From assembly GCA_965218295.1 (NCBI GenBank), contig CBDCKN010000015.1, positions 491,348 to 555,347 of the forward strand: a stretch of DNA of 64,000 bases, given 5' to 3'. Shown piece after piece: positions 20,816-30,591 of the stretch. How positions within the stretch are numbered: the first letter of the stretch is position 1; the number at the start of each line of letters is the position of its first letter. The position numbers and the translations under genes are program-made. The notes beneath the pieces are model-generated. The model was not told the DNA's origin, did no database searches, and saw only the letters and a program-made list of their open reading frames with translations. This DNA comes from Longimicrobiales bacterium (GTDB lineage Bacteria > Gemmatimonadota > Gemmatimonadetes > Longimicrobiales > Gaopeijiaceae).

Positions 20816-22321
20816 TTACGCACTTCCTCCTGATGACTCAAGCTCCTGCGCAATGGCTTGAAACGCTTCCAATGCAATGTGTAAGTCTTCCACGATCTCG
20901 GCAGCCAGCACCTCAGGCTCGGGCAGGTTCTCGCTGTCCTCCAGTGATTCGTCCCGTAGCCAGAATATGTCGAGGTTTAGCTTGTCCCGCTTTAGCAGTT
21001 CCTCATAGCTGAACGACCGCCACCGGCCCTTCGGATCCTCTTCGCTCCAAATATTCTCGCGCTCGTGCCTCCGCCCAGCCTTGTAGCATTCCACGAAATC
21101 GTCGAGGTCTGCGCGCTGCAACGGCTTCGTCTTTAGCGTGAAATGCTTGTTCGTGCGGAGGTCATAGACCCACAGCCGTTCGGTCCATGCCTGCTCCCGT
21201 GCAGGCTTCCTGTCGAAGAACACCACGTTCGCCTTCACGCCCTGCGCGTAGAACAGGCCTGTTGGGAGGCGGAGCAGCGTGTGCACATCGAACTGCTGAA
21301 GCATGTTCTTACGGACGGTCTCACCCGCACCACCCTCGAACAGGATGTTGTCGGGCATGACGATGGCGCACCGGCCATGGATGCTCAGCAGCGTCTTCAC
21401 ATGCTGAAGGAAGTTGAGCTGCTTGTTCTTCGTAGTGGCCCAGAAGTCCTGGCGCTCGTAGGCGTGAGCCTCACTCTCCAGCCCTCCCGCTTCGTTCACG
21501 ATCTGGATACTGCTCCTCCTCCCAAACGGCGGATTTGTGAGTACCACTGAGAACCGCTCACCAGGGTCGCTCGCGAGGCTGTCAACACCCGAACGGATAG
21601 GGCACGGATCGGCGTCGATCCCGTGCAGGTACAGGTTCATGATCCCAAGGCGAGCGGTCGCAGGGACCAGTTCCCAGCCATGCACAAAGCCTTCGCGGAG
21701 ATGTCGCTTCTGGTCGGGATCCAGTTCCGTGCCGTGTTCTCGGGCGACATATTCGTGGACGGCAAGCAGAAAGCCTCCGGTCCCACACGCAGGGTCGCAA
21801 ACCGTATCATCGGGACGTGGCTGCATCACGTCCACGATGCCCTTGATCAGCTGACGGGGGGTGAAGTACTGACCGGCCCCCTTCGGTGATTCCTGAGCAG
21901 ACTTCGAAAGCAGCCCCTCATAGATGTCGCCCTTTACGTCGGCATGCATCGACATCCAACTCTCTGGATCGATGAGATCAACGATCAGCCTCTTCAAGGT
22001 CGCTGGGTTCTGAATCTCCTGTCGTGCTTTCTTGAAGATTTCTCCGAGCATCCCCGATTGCGTTCCGAGTTCCCGTAGGATGTGTCGGTAGTGCGACTCT
22101 AGCTCCTCGCCGTCGCGTGTGAGTAGGCTCGGCCAGTCCATGTCTTCCGGAACGATGGGGTCTCGGCTCCACGGCGGCTGGGTCTGCTCATGGGCCATCT
22201 TCAGGAAGAGCAGGAAAGTGATCTGCTCGGTGTAGGCCATATAGGAGAGCCCGTCGTCTCTCAAGACGTGCGCGAAGCTCCAGGCTTTGTTGACGACCTG
22301 TTGGGTGTGGTTGTTCGGCAT
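20816..22321 (-). CDS. hsdM: Type I R-M methyltransferase subunit
   Basis: GQYFTPR, DPACGTGG and TNPPF motifs. Confidence 0.95.
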   Translation of the reverse strand: MPNNHTQQVVNKAWSFAHVLRDDGLSYMAYTEQITFLLFLKMAHEQTQPPWSRDPIVPEDMDWPSLLTRDGEELESHYRHILRELGTQSGMLGEIFKKARQEIQNPATLKRLIVDLIDPESWMSMHADVKGDIYEGLLSKSAQESPKGAGQYFTPRQLIKGIVDVMQPRPDDTVCDPACGTGGFLLAVHEYVAREHGTELDPDQKRHLREGFVHGWELVPATARLGIMNLYLHGIDADPCPIRSGVDSLASDPGERFSVVLTNPPFGRRSSIQIVNEAGGLESEAHAYERQDFWATTKNKQLNFLQHVKTLLSIHGRCAIVMPDNILFEGGAGETVRKNMLQQFDVHTLLRLPTGLFYAQGVKANVVFFDRKPAREQAWTERLWVYDLRTNKHFTLKTKPLQRADLDDFVECYKAGRRHERENIWSEEDPKGRWRSFSYEELLKRDKLNLDIFWLRDESLEDSENLPEPEVLAAEIVEDLHIALEAFQAIAQELESSGGSA

Positions 22322-23847
22322 TAGAGGACTTGCTTCTTGCGTTTGTGTATCGGCCTCGCGGGGCGGCGCTTTCTCCGATTGCCTTCCTGGTCGGCTCGAA
22401 TGCGCTCAAGGAGGACGGAAGCGGGCTCGTCGGTAGGATCTTGTGGGACGAGGTGGCCCGCGAAGGCGAGTTTGAGGATGGATTGGCGGAGGCGGGCGGA
22501 AGTAGTGCGGCGCGATTTCACCGCCTCTAGTGATCGCTGCCAAACGTCCATCAGCTCCTGCACTAGATCCAATACGATTTTCTGCTCAGAAGCAGGTGGC
22601 AAAGGAAGGAGAAGCGGCAGAATGTCTTGATTGTTGATTTGGGGCACATTCGATCCGTCCGCTAGCACTGCAAGGTCGACGGACTGAAACCACCACCACA
22701 GCCATGTCCCAACGTCACCCACCGGGCTCATCGCCATGATGTTCAGATCGAGGCAGGACGAGACAGCGAGCTCCCTCTTCTTGTTGGTTGCTATGGCTCC
22801 CCCTCGCTTGGGGAATACAATTGTACCGGCAGGGAAGACCCTTAGCCCAAGAGCCTTTGCTTTGTTCATAGAAAGATAGGCCCTCGAGTGTTGCATGGCC
22901 CTCTCGTTCCCGGGCAGGTTCATATCGCCCACCTTGTACCACGGAACCTCACCTGTTGGTGTGACGTTGGCGGCCGCGCCTTTCGGCGTTTGGCCGCTAG
23001 AGATATTTGACACCTGATCCACCGTTGCCCAACACCATCCCTGCGGCAGTTCCGGCAGTTCGCCCTCATCCGGCCCTAGCGGTTCCTTGTACTTGTCCCT
23101 CCAGTTCCTGGGTGGTTTCCGGTCCCTGGCGGCAAACTTGGCAAGCTGCTCTTCCTCCCAAAGCTGTCTCCGCTCAACCAGAATCCGCTGAAGGAGCTCC
23201 GCGCCCGTCTCGTCGGGCGGATTCTTCCGTCTCCACTCCTCGGTCAGCCTCCCCTCGACCGCTGCCTTGAGCACTGAGGCTCGGTAGCGCTTCAGCTTTG
23301 CCTGGGCGCGCTCGAGTGCCGCAACGCCCGCATCCAGTTCGGAGAACAGTTCATCAAGCTTCGCGACGATACGGTGCTGCTCGGGGAGGGGGGCGAGAGG
23401 GATAGGAAACTCTCGTACGACCTTGCCGGATACGGCTTTGAATGTGGTGCCTGTTCCCTTGGTATCTAGTTCATCCGCATAGCGACGGAGTATGTACAGC
23501 ATGTAGCTGAGGCTTAGGCTGTTCTCGGGTCGTATCGCGGCCAAGCCGCGTCCTATGCAACACTTGTATGGTGCGAGATTGGTAGGTCCAACAGGCGCTC
23601 TGACAGACAGTAGGATATCGTCAGCAAGAGCTATTTTGTTTGGTTGAGTGCACCACACACGCGCTTCTGGATATAGGTTGCCGAACTCTGCTTTTCCCTG
23701 AAAAAAAGGCAACCCCACCCCGTCGTGGTTGTAAGTCACAGACGGCGGCGATTGTCCCATATTGACGAGAGCGACATCGGCAATACTAGCCGAGCACCAC
23801 CCCGCTGGTAGCTCAGAGCGGTCTGTAACGAGTTGATCATTGCTCAC
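22321..23847 (-). CDS. hsdS: Type I R-M specificity subunit
   Basis: Two TRDs with PLAPLPEQ/PLPPASEQ conserved regions; PQDPTDEPASVLLERI tail. Confidence 0.93.
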   Translation of the reverse strand: MSNDQLVTDRSELPAGWCSASIADVALVNMGQSPPSVTYNHDGVGLPFFQGKAEFGNLYPEARVWCTQPNKIALADDILLSVRAPVGPTNLAPYKCCIGRGLAAIRPENSLSLSYMLYILRRYADELDTKGTGTTFKAVSGKVVREFPIPLAPLPEQHRIVAKLDELFSELDAGVAALERAQAKLKRYRASVLKAAVEGRLTEEWRRKNPPDETGAELLQRILVERRQLWEEEQLAKFAARDRKPPRNWRDKYKEPLGPDEGELPELPQGWCWATVDQVSNISSGQTPKGAAANVTPTGEVPWYKVGDMNLPGNERAMQHSRAYLSMNKAKALGLRVFPAGTIVFPKRGGAIATNKKRELAVSSCLDLNIMAMSPVGDVGTWLWWWFQSVDLAVLADGSNVPQINNQDILPLLLPLPPASEQKIVLDLVQELMDVWQRSLEAVKSRRTTSARLRQSILKLAFAGHLVPQDPTDEPASVLLERIRADQEGNRRKRRPARPIHKRKKQVL

Positions 23848-26639
23848 GCAGCTAACCTATCGTTCAACTCACCTAGCACGACTGTGAGCTGGTCACCGAA
23901 GACCTGGTACGCCTTCCCGAGCCCACCCATCTGGCTAAAGGGAATTTCCTGGAAGTCGTCCTGCTCGATGCTGAGCGCCTTTGCGATATGGTCCTTGATG
24001 GCGTCTAACCAGAGTCCCTGCTCGGGGGTGAAGATGAAGCCCGTCGCCTCTTTCTCGGTCCTCCACTCCCGATACCGCGTTTCAACTGTCTCAGCGACAG
24101 GCTCGAGGGGCTGCTCGGGTGTGATCGCGTGCTTTATGATGGCCACGAGGTCGACTAGGGCGTTCCCTCCTGCCCCTGTCACGCTCTGGGGCTCGACGGC
24201 GGTGTACATGGACCAGAGCCGGTTGACGGGGTCGTGCAGGGACAGCGGCGGCTTCTTCAGTGCCTCGGCCAATTTCTTTACGTGTCGATATCGCAGACCA
24301 GCGCGATACGGTCGAGAGTAGAGGATCTGGAGGGCTTCGATCTCGTCCTTGTTATCCTCGATGAACTGCCTGAAGTCGGTGAGCTTCGAGCGGGCGTCGT
24401 CGAGAGCGGCCTGATCATACTCAGCCCGTATCAATTCGTCCTGGGTGACCTCGTCGATGACCTGTTCGAGGATCCGTAGGGTATTCAGGATCGTGCCACG
24501 CAGCTCGGGCCGGTGGAACGGCTTCAACGCCTCCGTTATCTCCTCGCTTTCAACCTTGGCGAGCTGCTTCTCGGTTGGCTCCTCACCCTCGGGCAGATCG
24601 AACTTCCTAGTGGTCAGCTCTCGTGTCCGGTCGGGATCGATACTGGCGAGGAGATTGGCTGCGAGCGTCCCCGGTCCGCTGCCGTCCGCCTGCTCCGCTA
24701 TCTCGGATCGCTCCTCGTCTCCTATCTGCCTGTCGAGCCGTGTCAGCCGAGACGCTAGGGTCGAGACGATGTCAGCGTGGACGATCCCCTGGGCAACCTG
24801 TTGGAGGATCTTGTCAAGCCCGACAGTCGGCTGTCGATCGAGCGGCTTTGACAACGACTTATCGTTCTCGCAGACGCCGACTGCATCCACAACCACAAAG
24901 TGCGTCTTGTGCTTCGCGTCGGGCGTTACACTCTGAAGGTCGTCGGGATTGATGATGCGTACCCCCCGGCCCTTCATCTGCTCAAAGTACGAGAGCGACC
25001 TGATATTCCGCATGAAGAGCAGGCACTCCAATGCCTTCACATCCGTGCCCGTCGCGATCATGTCCACCGTAACCGCGATGCGCGGGTTGAACGAGTTCCT
25101 GAATTGAGCCAGTAGGTCCTCGGGCGCGACACCCGTTGTCTTACTCGTGATCTTCTGGCAGAACTCGTTGCCCTTGCCGAACTCCTCTCGGATGATATTG
25201 ACGATATCCTCGGCATGGTTGTCGGTCTTGGCGAAGACGAGTGTCTTGGGGACTTCAGTGCGACCGGGGAAAATCTCAGTCGGAAGCCGGTCCCTGAAGG
25301 TTCGTACGACAAGTCGAATCTGATCTTCGGCGACCACATCGCGGTCGAGTTGGGTCGAGCTATAGGTGAGGTCATCCTCCAGTTCCTTAAGCGTCCGCTC
25401 CTTCGTGCGCCTATCTCGATGCGGCACGTAGGTGCGAGCACTGATCCGGCCGCCCTGCTGCGTGATCTTCGTATCGATGCGGTACACCGAGTATCCAACG
25501 TTCACCCCATCGGCTACTGCTCGTTCGTGCGAATAGTCCTGCACGACGTTGTTCTTGAAGAAGCCAATGGTCTGGGGCGTCGGCGTCGCTGTAAGGCCGA
25601 TGGTGAAGGCGTCGAAGTAGTCGAGCACCTGGCGCCAGACGTTGTAGATCGAGCGGTGACACTCGTCCACTACAACGAAGTCGAAGGTCTCAATGGGCAC
25701 GCTCGGGCTGTACTCCACGGGCACAGGGTCTTTCGTCGCGGGGCTGCCCGACTCGAACATCGAGCCCTCCTCGCGCTCCGCCTCGAACTCTTCGTCGCCC
25801 CTCAGCATTGCGTACAGCCGCTGGATCGTCGTGATGACTACCTTGCTAGCGGGGTCGATGGCGTTTCCTCTTAGGTGCTGAACGACGTATTCGTTTGTGA
25901 AAGAGTCGTTCGTCTGGGGGCTGACGAACTGCTGGAACTCGTTCAGCGTCTGTCGGGCCAGGTTGTTGCGGTCCACCAGGAATAGGATCCGCTTCGCCTT
26001 TCCAAACTTGATGAGGCGGTAGCAAAACGAGCACGCCGTGTAGGTCTTGCCGCTCCCGGTGGCCATCTGGATGAGTGCGCGCGGGCGGTTTGCCGCAAGG
26101 GACCGCTCTAGGTTCGTGATGGCATCGCGTTGGACCGGCCATAGCCGCCCAGGCTCCAGCACCGGCATCTCGCGCAGGTTGCTGCGCAGCTGGCACTGGA
26201 GCTCCACCAACCGCTTCAGCTCCTCCGGCCTGTGGAACGTGAAGACTTCTCGGCTCCGGTGGTCGGGGTCTAGGCCGTTCGTGAAGTGGGTGATCTTGCC
26301 CGTCGACTCATACGCGAACGGTAGGGGCAACCGGTAGTTCGGGATCCCCTCGGGGAGACCATCGGTGTACTGTTTGGACTGGGGTTCGACGCCTCTCAGC
26401 GGATACCCTGCCGGCTTCGCCTCGACGACCCCGATCGCGCGTCCGTCGGCGTAGAGCAGGTAGTCGGCGGACCCAGTGCAGGTCTTCGCGCCTTCCTTCC
26501 ACCTGAGCGGATACTCCCGAACAGCCACGCCGAGCCCAGCATGGATGTTCATGGACGCGAAGTCCTGAACCACCCATCCGCAGGCTTCGAGCTGCTCGTC
26601 GATCTCCTCGCGGGCTAGCTGTTCAGGAGTCAGTGGCAC
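23844..26639 (-). CDS. hsdR: Type I R-M restriction subunit (EcoEI-like)
   Basis: ADY..EAK nuclease; MATGSGKT, DECH, TATP and QMKGRG helicase motifs. Confidence 0.95.
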   Translation of the reverse strand: MPLTPEQLAREEIDEQLEACGWVVQDFASMNIHAGLGVAVREYPLRWKEGAKTCTGSADYLLYADGRAIGVVEAKPAGYPLRGVEPQSKQYTDGLPEGIPNYRLPLPFAYESTGKITHFTNGLDPDHRSREVFTFHRPEELKRLVELQCQLRSNLREMPVLEPGRLWPVQRDAITNLERSLAANRPRALIQMATGSGKTYTACSFCYRLIKFGKAKRILFLVDRNNLARQTLNEFQQFVSPQTNDSFTNEYVVQHLRGNAIDPASKVVITTIQRLYAMLRGDEEFEAEREEGSMFESGSPATKDPVPVEYSPSVPIETFDFVVVDECHRSIYNVWRQVLDYFDAFTIGLTATPTPQTIGFFKNNVVQDYSHERAVADGVNVGYSVYRIDTKITQQGGRISARTYVPHRDRRTKERTLKELEDDLTYSSTQLDRDVVAEDQIRLVVRTFRDRLPTEIFPGRTEVPKTLVFAKTDNHAEDIVNIIREEFGKGNEFCQKITSKTTGVAPEDLLAQFRNSFNPRIAVTVDMIATGTDVKALECLLFMRNIRSLSYFEQMKGRGVRIINPDDLQSVTPDAKHKTHFVVVDAVGVCENDKSLSKPLDRQPTVGLDKILQQVAQGIVHADIVSTLASRLTRLDRQIGDEERSEIAEQADGSGPGTLAANLLASIDPDRTRELTTRKFDLPEGEEPTEKQLAKVESEEITEALKPFHRPELRGTILNTLRILEQVIDEVTQDELIRAEYDQAALDDARSKLTDFRQFIEDNKDEIEALQILYSRPYRAGLRYRHVKKLAEALKKPPLSLHDPVNRLWSMYTAVEPQSVTGAGGNALVDLVAIIKHAITPEQPLEPVAETVETRYREWRTEKEATGFIFTPEQGLWLDAIKDHIAKALSIEQDDFQEIPFSQMGGLGKAYQVFGDQLTVVLGELNDRLAA

Positions 26640-26832
26640 GGGAATGCATTCTCTTTCGGGGTTGTTTCAGGAGCACAAGGATTCTTCGAGAGTCGGGTGA
26701 TGGGGCTGTTCCTGAGACGGACGAAGGGGGCGGGGAGTTGGGCCCCTCGAGGAGAAGCTGACGAATCTCGAGACGGCCACGACGGCGGCCGGCCTTGAGG
26801 TGACGACGCTGCTTCGCGAGCAAGTGGCTGGA

Positions 26833-27120
26833 TCACGCCGCCACAAAACTCTCCACCGCGATCTCCTCGGCGCGGCCGCGGGCCTGCCAGAGATCGTAGG
26901 CCATCTGCATCCCCAGCCAGGTCTCGGGCGTCGAGCCGAAGGCCTTAGACAGCCGTATCGCCATCTCTACCGAAACCCCCGTGCGCTCGTTCACCAACTC
27001 CGAAAGCGCCTGCCGGGTAACGCCCAACCCTTCGGCAGCACGGGTCACGGTCAGACCCAGGGGTTCGAGACATTGCCGCTTCACGATACCGCCCGGATGC
27101 GGAGGGTTGTGCATCGCCAT
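26833..27120 (-). CDS. higA: HigA antitoxin
   Basis: MHNPPHPG...MAIRLSKAFGSTPETWL.MQ signature. Confidence 0.93.
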   Translation of the reverse strand: MAMHNPPHPGGIVKRQCLEPLGLTVTRAAEGLGVTRQALSELVNERTGVSVEMAIRLSKAFGSTPETWLGMQMAYDLWQARGRAEEIAVESFVAA

Positions 27121-27133
27121 GATCAGCTCCTCC

Positions 27134-27412
27134 TCAGTGATAATCCACGTAGTTCACATCGACCGCCGCGCCGTCCTCGAACCGGAAGGTCACGCGCCAG
27201 TTGCCGGATACCGAAACCGCGTAGTGCCCCTTCAGCGGCCCCTTGAGTGCGTGTAACCGGAACCCCGGCAGACTCATGCCCTCCGGCCCCCGGCTGAAAT
27301 CGAGTGCCGCCAGGATGTCCCGCAACCTGCCTACATGCTCCGGCGCGACTCGCTGTGCCGTCCTTCCCTCATAGAGCGCCTTCAGCCCCCGGTGGCGGAA
27401 CGATGCAATCAC
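27134..27412 (-). CDS. higB: HigB toxin
   Basis: MIASFRHRGLK...LHALKG...SVSGNWRVTFRF...DYH; upstream of higA. Confidence 0.93.
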   Translation of the reverse strand: MIASFRHRGLKALYEGRTAQRVAPEHVGRLRDILAALDFSRGPEGMSLPGFRLHALKGPLKGHYAVSVSGNWRVTFRFEDGAAVDVNYVDYH

Positions 27413-27870
27413 TGCGGAATTCTAGTCCGTCGCCTGTCAAATGACAATTGGCGATCCCAGATGGGGTCGGTTCACACGGTAGTGCGGCGGCCTTCTCATT
27501 CGGACAGCTACACCGGGGCTGATCCGCCAAGATGCGTTCAGAGTGTCGTTCCCTATCCCGCTCCCCAGCGGGTACGCGGCGCCGGGGCGCCCGAGCCCGT
27601 ATGCAGCGGTAGCCGCTCGGGTCACTCCCAGCAACGGCAGCTTGGCGACCCTTTCCTCCGCGGGCTGCTAGGAGTCGCCACAGCTTTGCGCGGCTCCCTC
27701 GGTGTACTTCACGCGTCCGTTGGCAGAGCCCGGTCCGCCTCTAGTACGTCGCTGGAACTCTAGGGACATCGCCTCTTTGCCCGTTGTTGACACGGCATGA
27801 AGCGGGCTCCTCAATGTACGGGTATGGAGATTCTGACGGCCCAGGGTTCCCAGCGCCGGGGGCTGTCTGG

Positions 27871-27960
27871 CGCACTTAAGGTGCGTAAGCCAGCCCACGC
27901 AATGTTGAACATTGCGCTCTGGCGAGGGGATGCTGCGCCCCCCTTCGAACCCCCGGCTTC
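27871..27960 (-). other. ColE1-type oriT (nic CTGG^CTTA)
   Basis: TAAGCCAG at 27886-27893 flanked by hairpins CGCACttaagGTGCG and CGCAATGTtgaACATTGCG, followed by GCTGCGCCCC as in the ColE1/pBR322 bom region; directly upstream of mobC. Confidence 0.75.
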
Positions 27961-28028
27961 CCGCGCTGCTGCCGGGGCAGCGGGCGGGCGGGAGCCGCCG
28001 CCCCCCGAACCCCGTCGCCTGTGCGCTC

Positions 28029-28370
28029 ATGGCTGATCGCCGCACCGTCATGGTCGCCGCCCGCGTCACGCCGGCGGAGCATGCCGCTTGGCAAGACAAG
28101 GCGGAAGCGGCGGGCGTGTCGCCGTCCGCGCTGCTGCGGCAGGCGATGGCGCGGACGCGAACGTGGACCGCGCCGGCACTGGCCGTCGAGCGCGAACGCA
28201 GCCGCCAGATCGCGCGCATCGGCAACAACCTGAACCAGCTCGCGCGCTGGGCGAACACGCACGCCTCGGCGGTCGAGGCCGCCGCGGTGATCGCCAACCT
28301 CGTGTCGTTCGAGCGGTCGCTGCTCGCTGCCATGGCCCGCTTCGACGGAGATGGCGGGGATGCACATTAA
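28029..28370 (+). CDS. mobC: MobC/MbeC relaxosome accessory protein
   Basis: RHH-like N-terminus and IARIGNNLNQLAR motif. Confidence 0.9.
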   Translation: MADRRTVMVAARVTPAEHAAWQDKAEAAGVSPSALLRQAMARTRTWTAPALAVERERSRQIARIGNNLNQLARWANTHASAVEAAAVIANLVSFERSLLAAMARFDGDGGDAH

Positions 28371-29880
28371 GTGCCTCCGGCGCGGCAGGGGCTCGGCCCG
28401 TGCGGCGGTCGACTATCTCGTCGGCGAGCGGGACGCCGAGGGGCAGAGGCGCGAGGGCGTCGAAGTCCTGCGCGGGAACCCGGACATGGTGGCCGCCGTT
28501 GCCGACTCGCTGGAGTTCGAGCGCAAGTACACGTCGGTCGTGATCGCGTGGGCGCCGGACGACCAGCCGCCCGACGAGCAGATCGGAGCCGTCCTCGACG
28601 AGTTCGAGAAGACGGCGTGGGCCGGATTGGGGCCGGACCGCTACTCATGGACGGCGGTCCTGCACCGCGAGCGCGGGGGTGGCGTCCACGTGCACGTCCT
28701 CGCCGCGCAGTGCGACCTGGAGACGGGCCGCAGCCTGAACATCGCGCCGCCCGGCTGGCAGAGGACCTTCGACCCGCTGCGCGACGCCTTCAACCACGAG
28801 CACGGCTGGAGCCGCCCGGACGACCCGGCGCGGGCCAGGGCGCAGCAGCCGGGCCATCGCGCCTACATCGAGGCGTCGAAGCTGCGGGCCGGGCTTGCAC
28901 ACGAAGCCGACCCGCGCGAGTTGATCCGCGACTACCTGGTGCAGCGCGTCGAGCACGGCGCGGTGCAAAGCCGCGCCGACGTGGTCTCCGCCCTGGAGGA
29001 CGTCGGCCTTGAAGTGCCGCGCCAGGGCAAGAGCTGTGTGACCGCCCGCGATCCGGACAGCGGAAAGCGGTGGCGGCTGAGAGGAGAACTGTATGAGTAC
29101 GACTTCCGACCCGAACGTCTTGACTTCCCGGCTGCGCCAGCGGCTGGAGACCGACCGCCGGCAGATCGAGGAGACGGCCGTGCGCGAGCTCGAGCGGCTT
29201 GGCGCGAGGTCGGGCGCCGTCGCAAGCGGCGCGCTGCGTTCCATCGAGGCCGATACGGCGTCGGCGACCGCGCGGGTGAGCGTCCTACTGAGGCGCGCGT
29301 GGCTCCGGCCCCTGGTGGTCGGCCTGAGCCTTTTTCTCGGTATCAGCGGCGGCAGCTGGGCGACGATGCACTGGTTGTCGAGGAGCATCGAACGCCGGAT
29401 CGAGACTTTGGCGGCGGTGAACGTGGAGATCGAGCAGGCGCGAGTGGTCCTGGCCGAGATCGAGGAGACGACCTGGGGCGTGACGCTGCGGGAGATCGAC
29501 GGAGAGCGGTTCGTGGTGCTGCCGGCCGGCACGCTGGACCGTCCGCCCTGGACCGTGGGCGAGCGGCCTGCCGTGAAGCTGTCGAGAGAGTGAAGGAGCT
29601 ATATGACCGAGCTAGAACGGCAGTTGACGGCGGCCTTGGAGACGTTGTCCGCGCAGTACGGGACGGAACAGCGGCGGCACTGCGAGCAGGTCGAAGCCTT
29701 GCGGCAGCGGGTCGAGCGGCAGGCCGCGCAGAGCGAAACCTTGCAGGAGCAAGTCGAGCGGCTCACCGGGCAAATGACACGCTTGGCCCAGGACTACAGG
29801 ACGCTCGCCGCGACGTTGCGCGCGCGCTGGAAGTGATGCGCCAGCGTGGACGAGAGCGCGACCATGGTCCGAGCCGCTGA
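28360..29880 (+). CDS. mobA: MbeA/MobA-type relaxase
   Basis: RGRGS...VDYL, VLRGNP, KYTS and LHRERGGGVHVH motifs, resembling ColE1-family relaxases. Confidence 0.88.
   Translation: MHIKCLRRGRGSARAAVDYLVGERDAEGQRREGVEVLRGNPDMVAAVADSLEFERKYTSVVIAWAPDDQPPDEQIGAVLDEFEKTAWAGLGPDRYSWTAVLHRERGGGVHVHVLAAQCDLETGRSLNIAPPGWQRTFDPLRDAFNHEHGWSRPDDPARARAQQPGHRAYIEASKLRAGLAHEADPRELIRDYLVQRVEHGAVQSRADVVSALEDVGLEVPRQGKSCVTARDPDSGKRWRLRGELYEYDFRPERLDFPAAPAAGDRPPADRGDGRARARAAWREVGRRRKRRAAFHRGRYGVGDRAGERPTEARVAPAPGGRPEPFSRYQRRQLGDDALVVEEHRTPDRDFGGGERGDRAGASGPGRDRGDDLGRDAAGDRRRAVRGAAGRHAGPSALDRGRAACREAVERVKELYDRARTAVDGGLGDVVRAVRDGTAAALRAGRSLAAAGRAAGRAERNLAGASRAAHRANDTLGPGLQDARRDVARALEVMRQRGRERDHGPSR
29093..29593 (+). 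CDS. MbeB/MobB-like protein nested in mobA (alternative frame)
   Basis: AGGAG RBS, coiled coil plus TM segment; same position as ColE1 mbeB. Confidence 0.7.
   Translation: MSTTSDPNVLTSRLRQRLETDRRQIEETAVRELERLGARSGAVASGALRSIEADTASATARVSVLLRRAWLRPLVVGLSLFLGISGGSWATMHWLSRSIERRIETLAAVNVEIEQARVVLAEIEETTWGVTLREIDGERFVVLPAGTLDRPPWTVGERPAVKLSRE
29603..29836 (+). CDS. MbeD/MobD-like protein nested in mobA (alternative frame)
   Basis: MTELERQLTAALETLSAQY N-terminus typical of MbeD; AAGGAG RBS. Confidence 0.8.
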   Translation: MTELERQLTAALETLSAQYGTEQRRHCEQVEALRQRVERQAAQSETLQEQVERLTGQMTRLAQDYRTLAATLRARWK

Positions 29881-29965
29881 TGGTCCCGGCTTAGGAATCG
29901 CCCGGCGCTCGAGGATCGGTGGAGGTCCTTCGGGCGGATGGGGTGCGGCCTATGGTTCTGGAGTG

Positions 29966-30300
29966 TCATTGGCCAAGTACGCCGCCCAATCTCAGAAGCT
30001 CGAGCGAAAGCCGTGCCGGAACAGTCGCGATATCGAACTTCCGGAATCTCCGGTGCAGTTGCGTCTCATCGAGCCGCTTACTAACCCAATTGGGAAAGAC
30101 GAATGGACTAGTGCCCTCCCACGAACGTCTGTGCCGCGTCGAGAATCTCCATCGCGCGGCCACACAGCCGCACTCGGTGCTCCCGGTTCGACTTCGTCCG
30201 CCTAGCCAGACCCGTCCAGACGCTCTGCTCCCGATCGATCTCAATCCACTCGGCCCACCGGACCTCGCCCCACCGCGCTCCCGTCAGCACTACGAACTCG
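29966..30300 (-). pseudogene. P4-like integrase C-terminal remnant
   Basis: LTGARWGEVR...TKSNREHRVRL and DWAAYLAN pieces homologous to the integrase at 35284-36501. Confidence 0.75.
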
Positions 30301-30591
30301 AATGGCAGCCGGACGAGCGGTACTGCCGACGCCCGTTCCGTCGGGATGGCTCCCCTCGGGGTGGCTACTTTGCCTGAGATTGACTATTCAAGGGAGTGGC
30401 CGACACGCGATGGATGACCACGGCCTACGTCGAGGCACGTCGAGCGTTCTGGTGCTATGCGTCAGCACGGGGAATGCAGCCGTACAATCGTCGTCCGGAG
30501 AGTAAAACAGCCAATCGTCGGCAGCCCTCCTACGGGAAGAAATCGGCCCCATCTGATGCAGGCTGCCCCAATCGCAAGATATCCCACTCCG

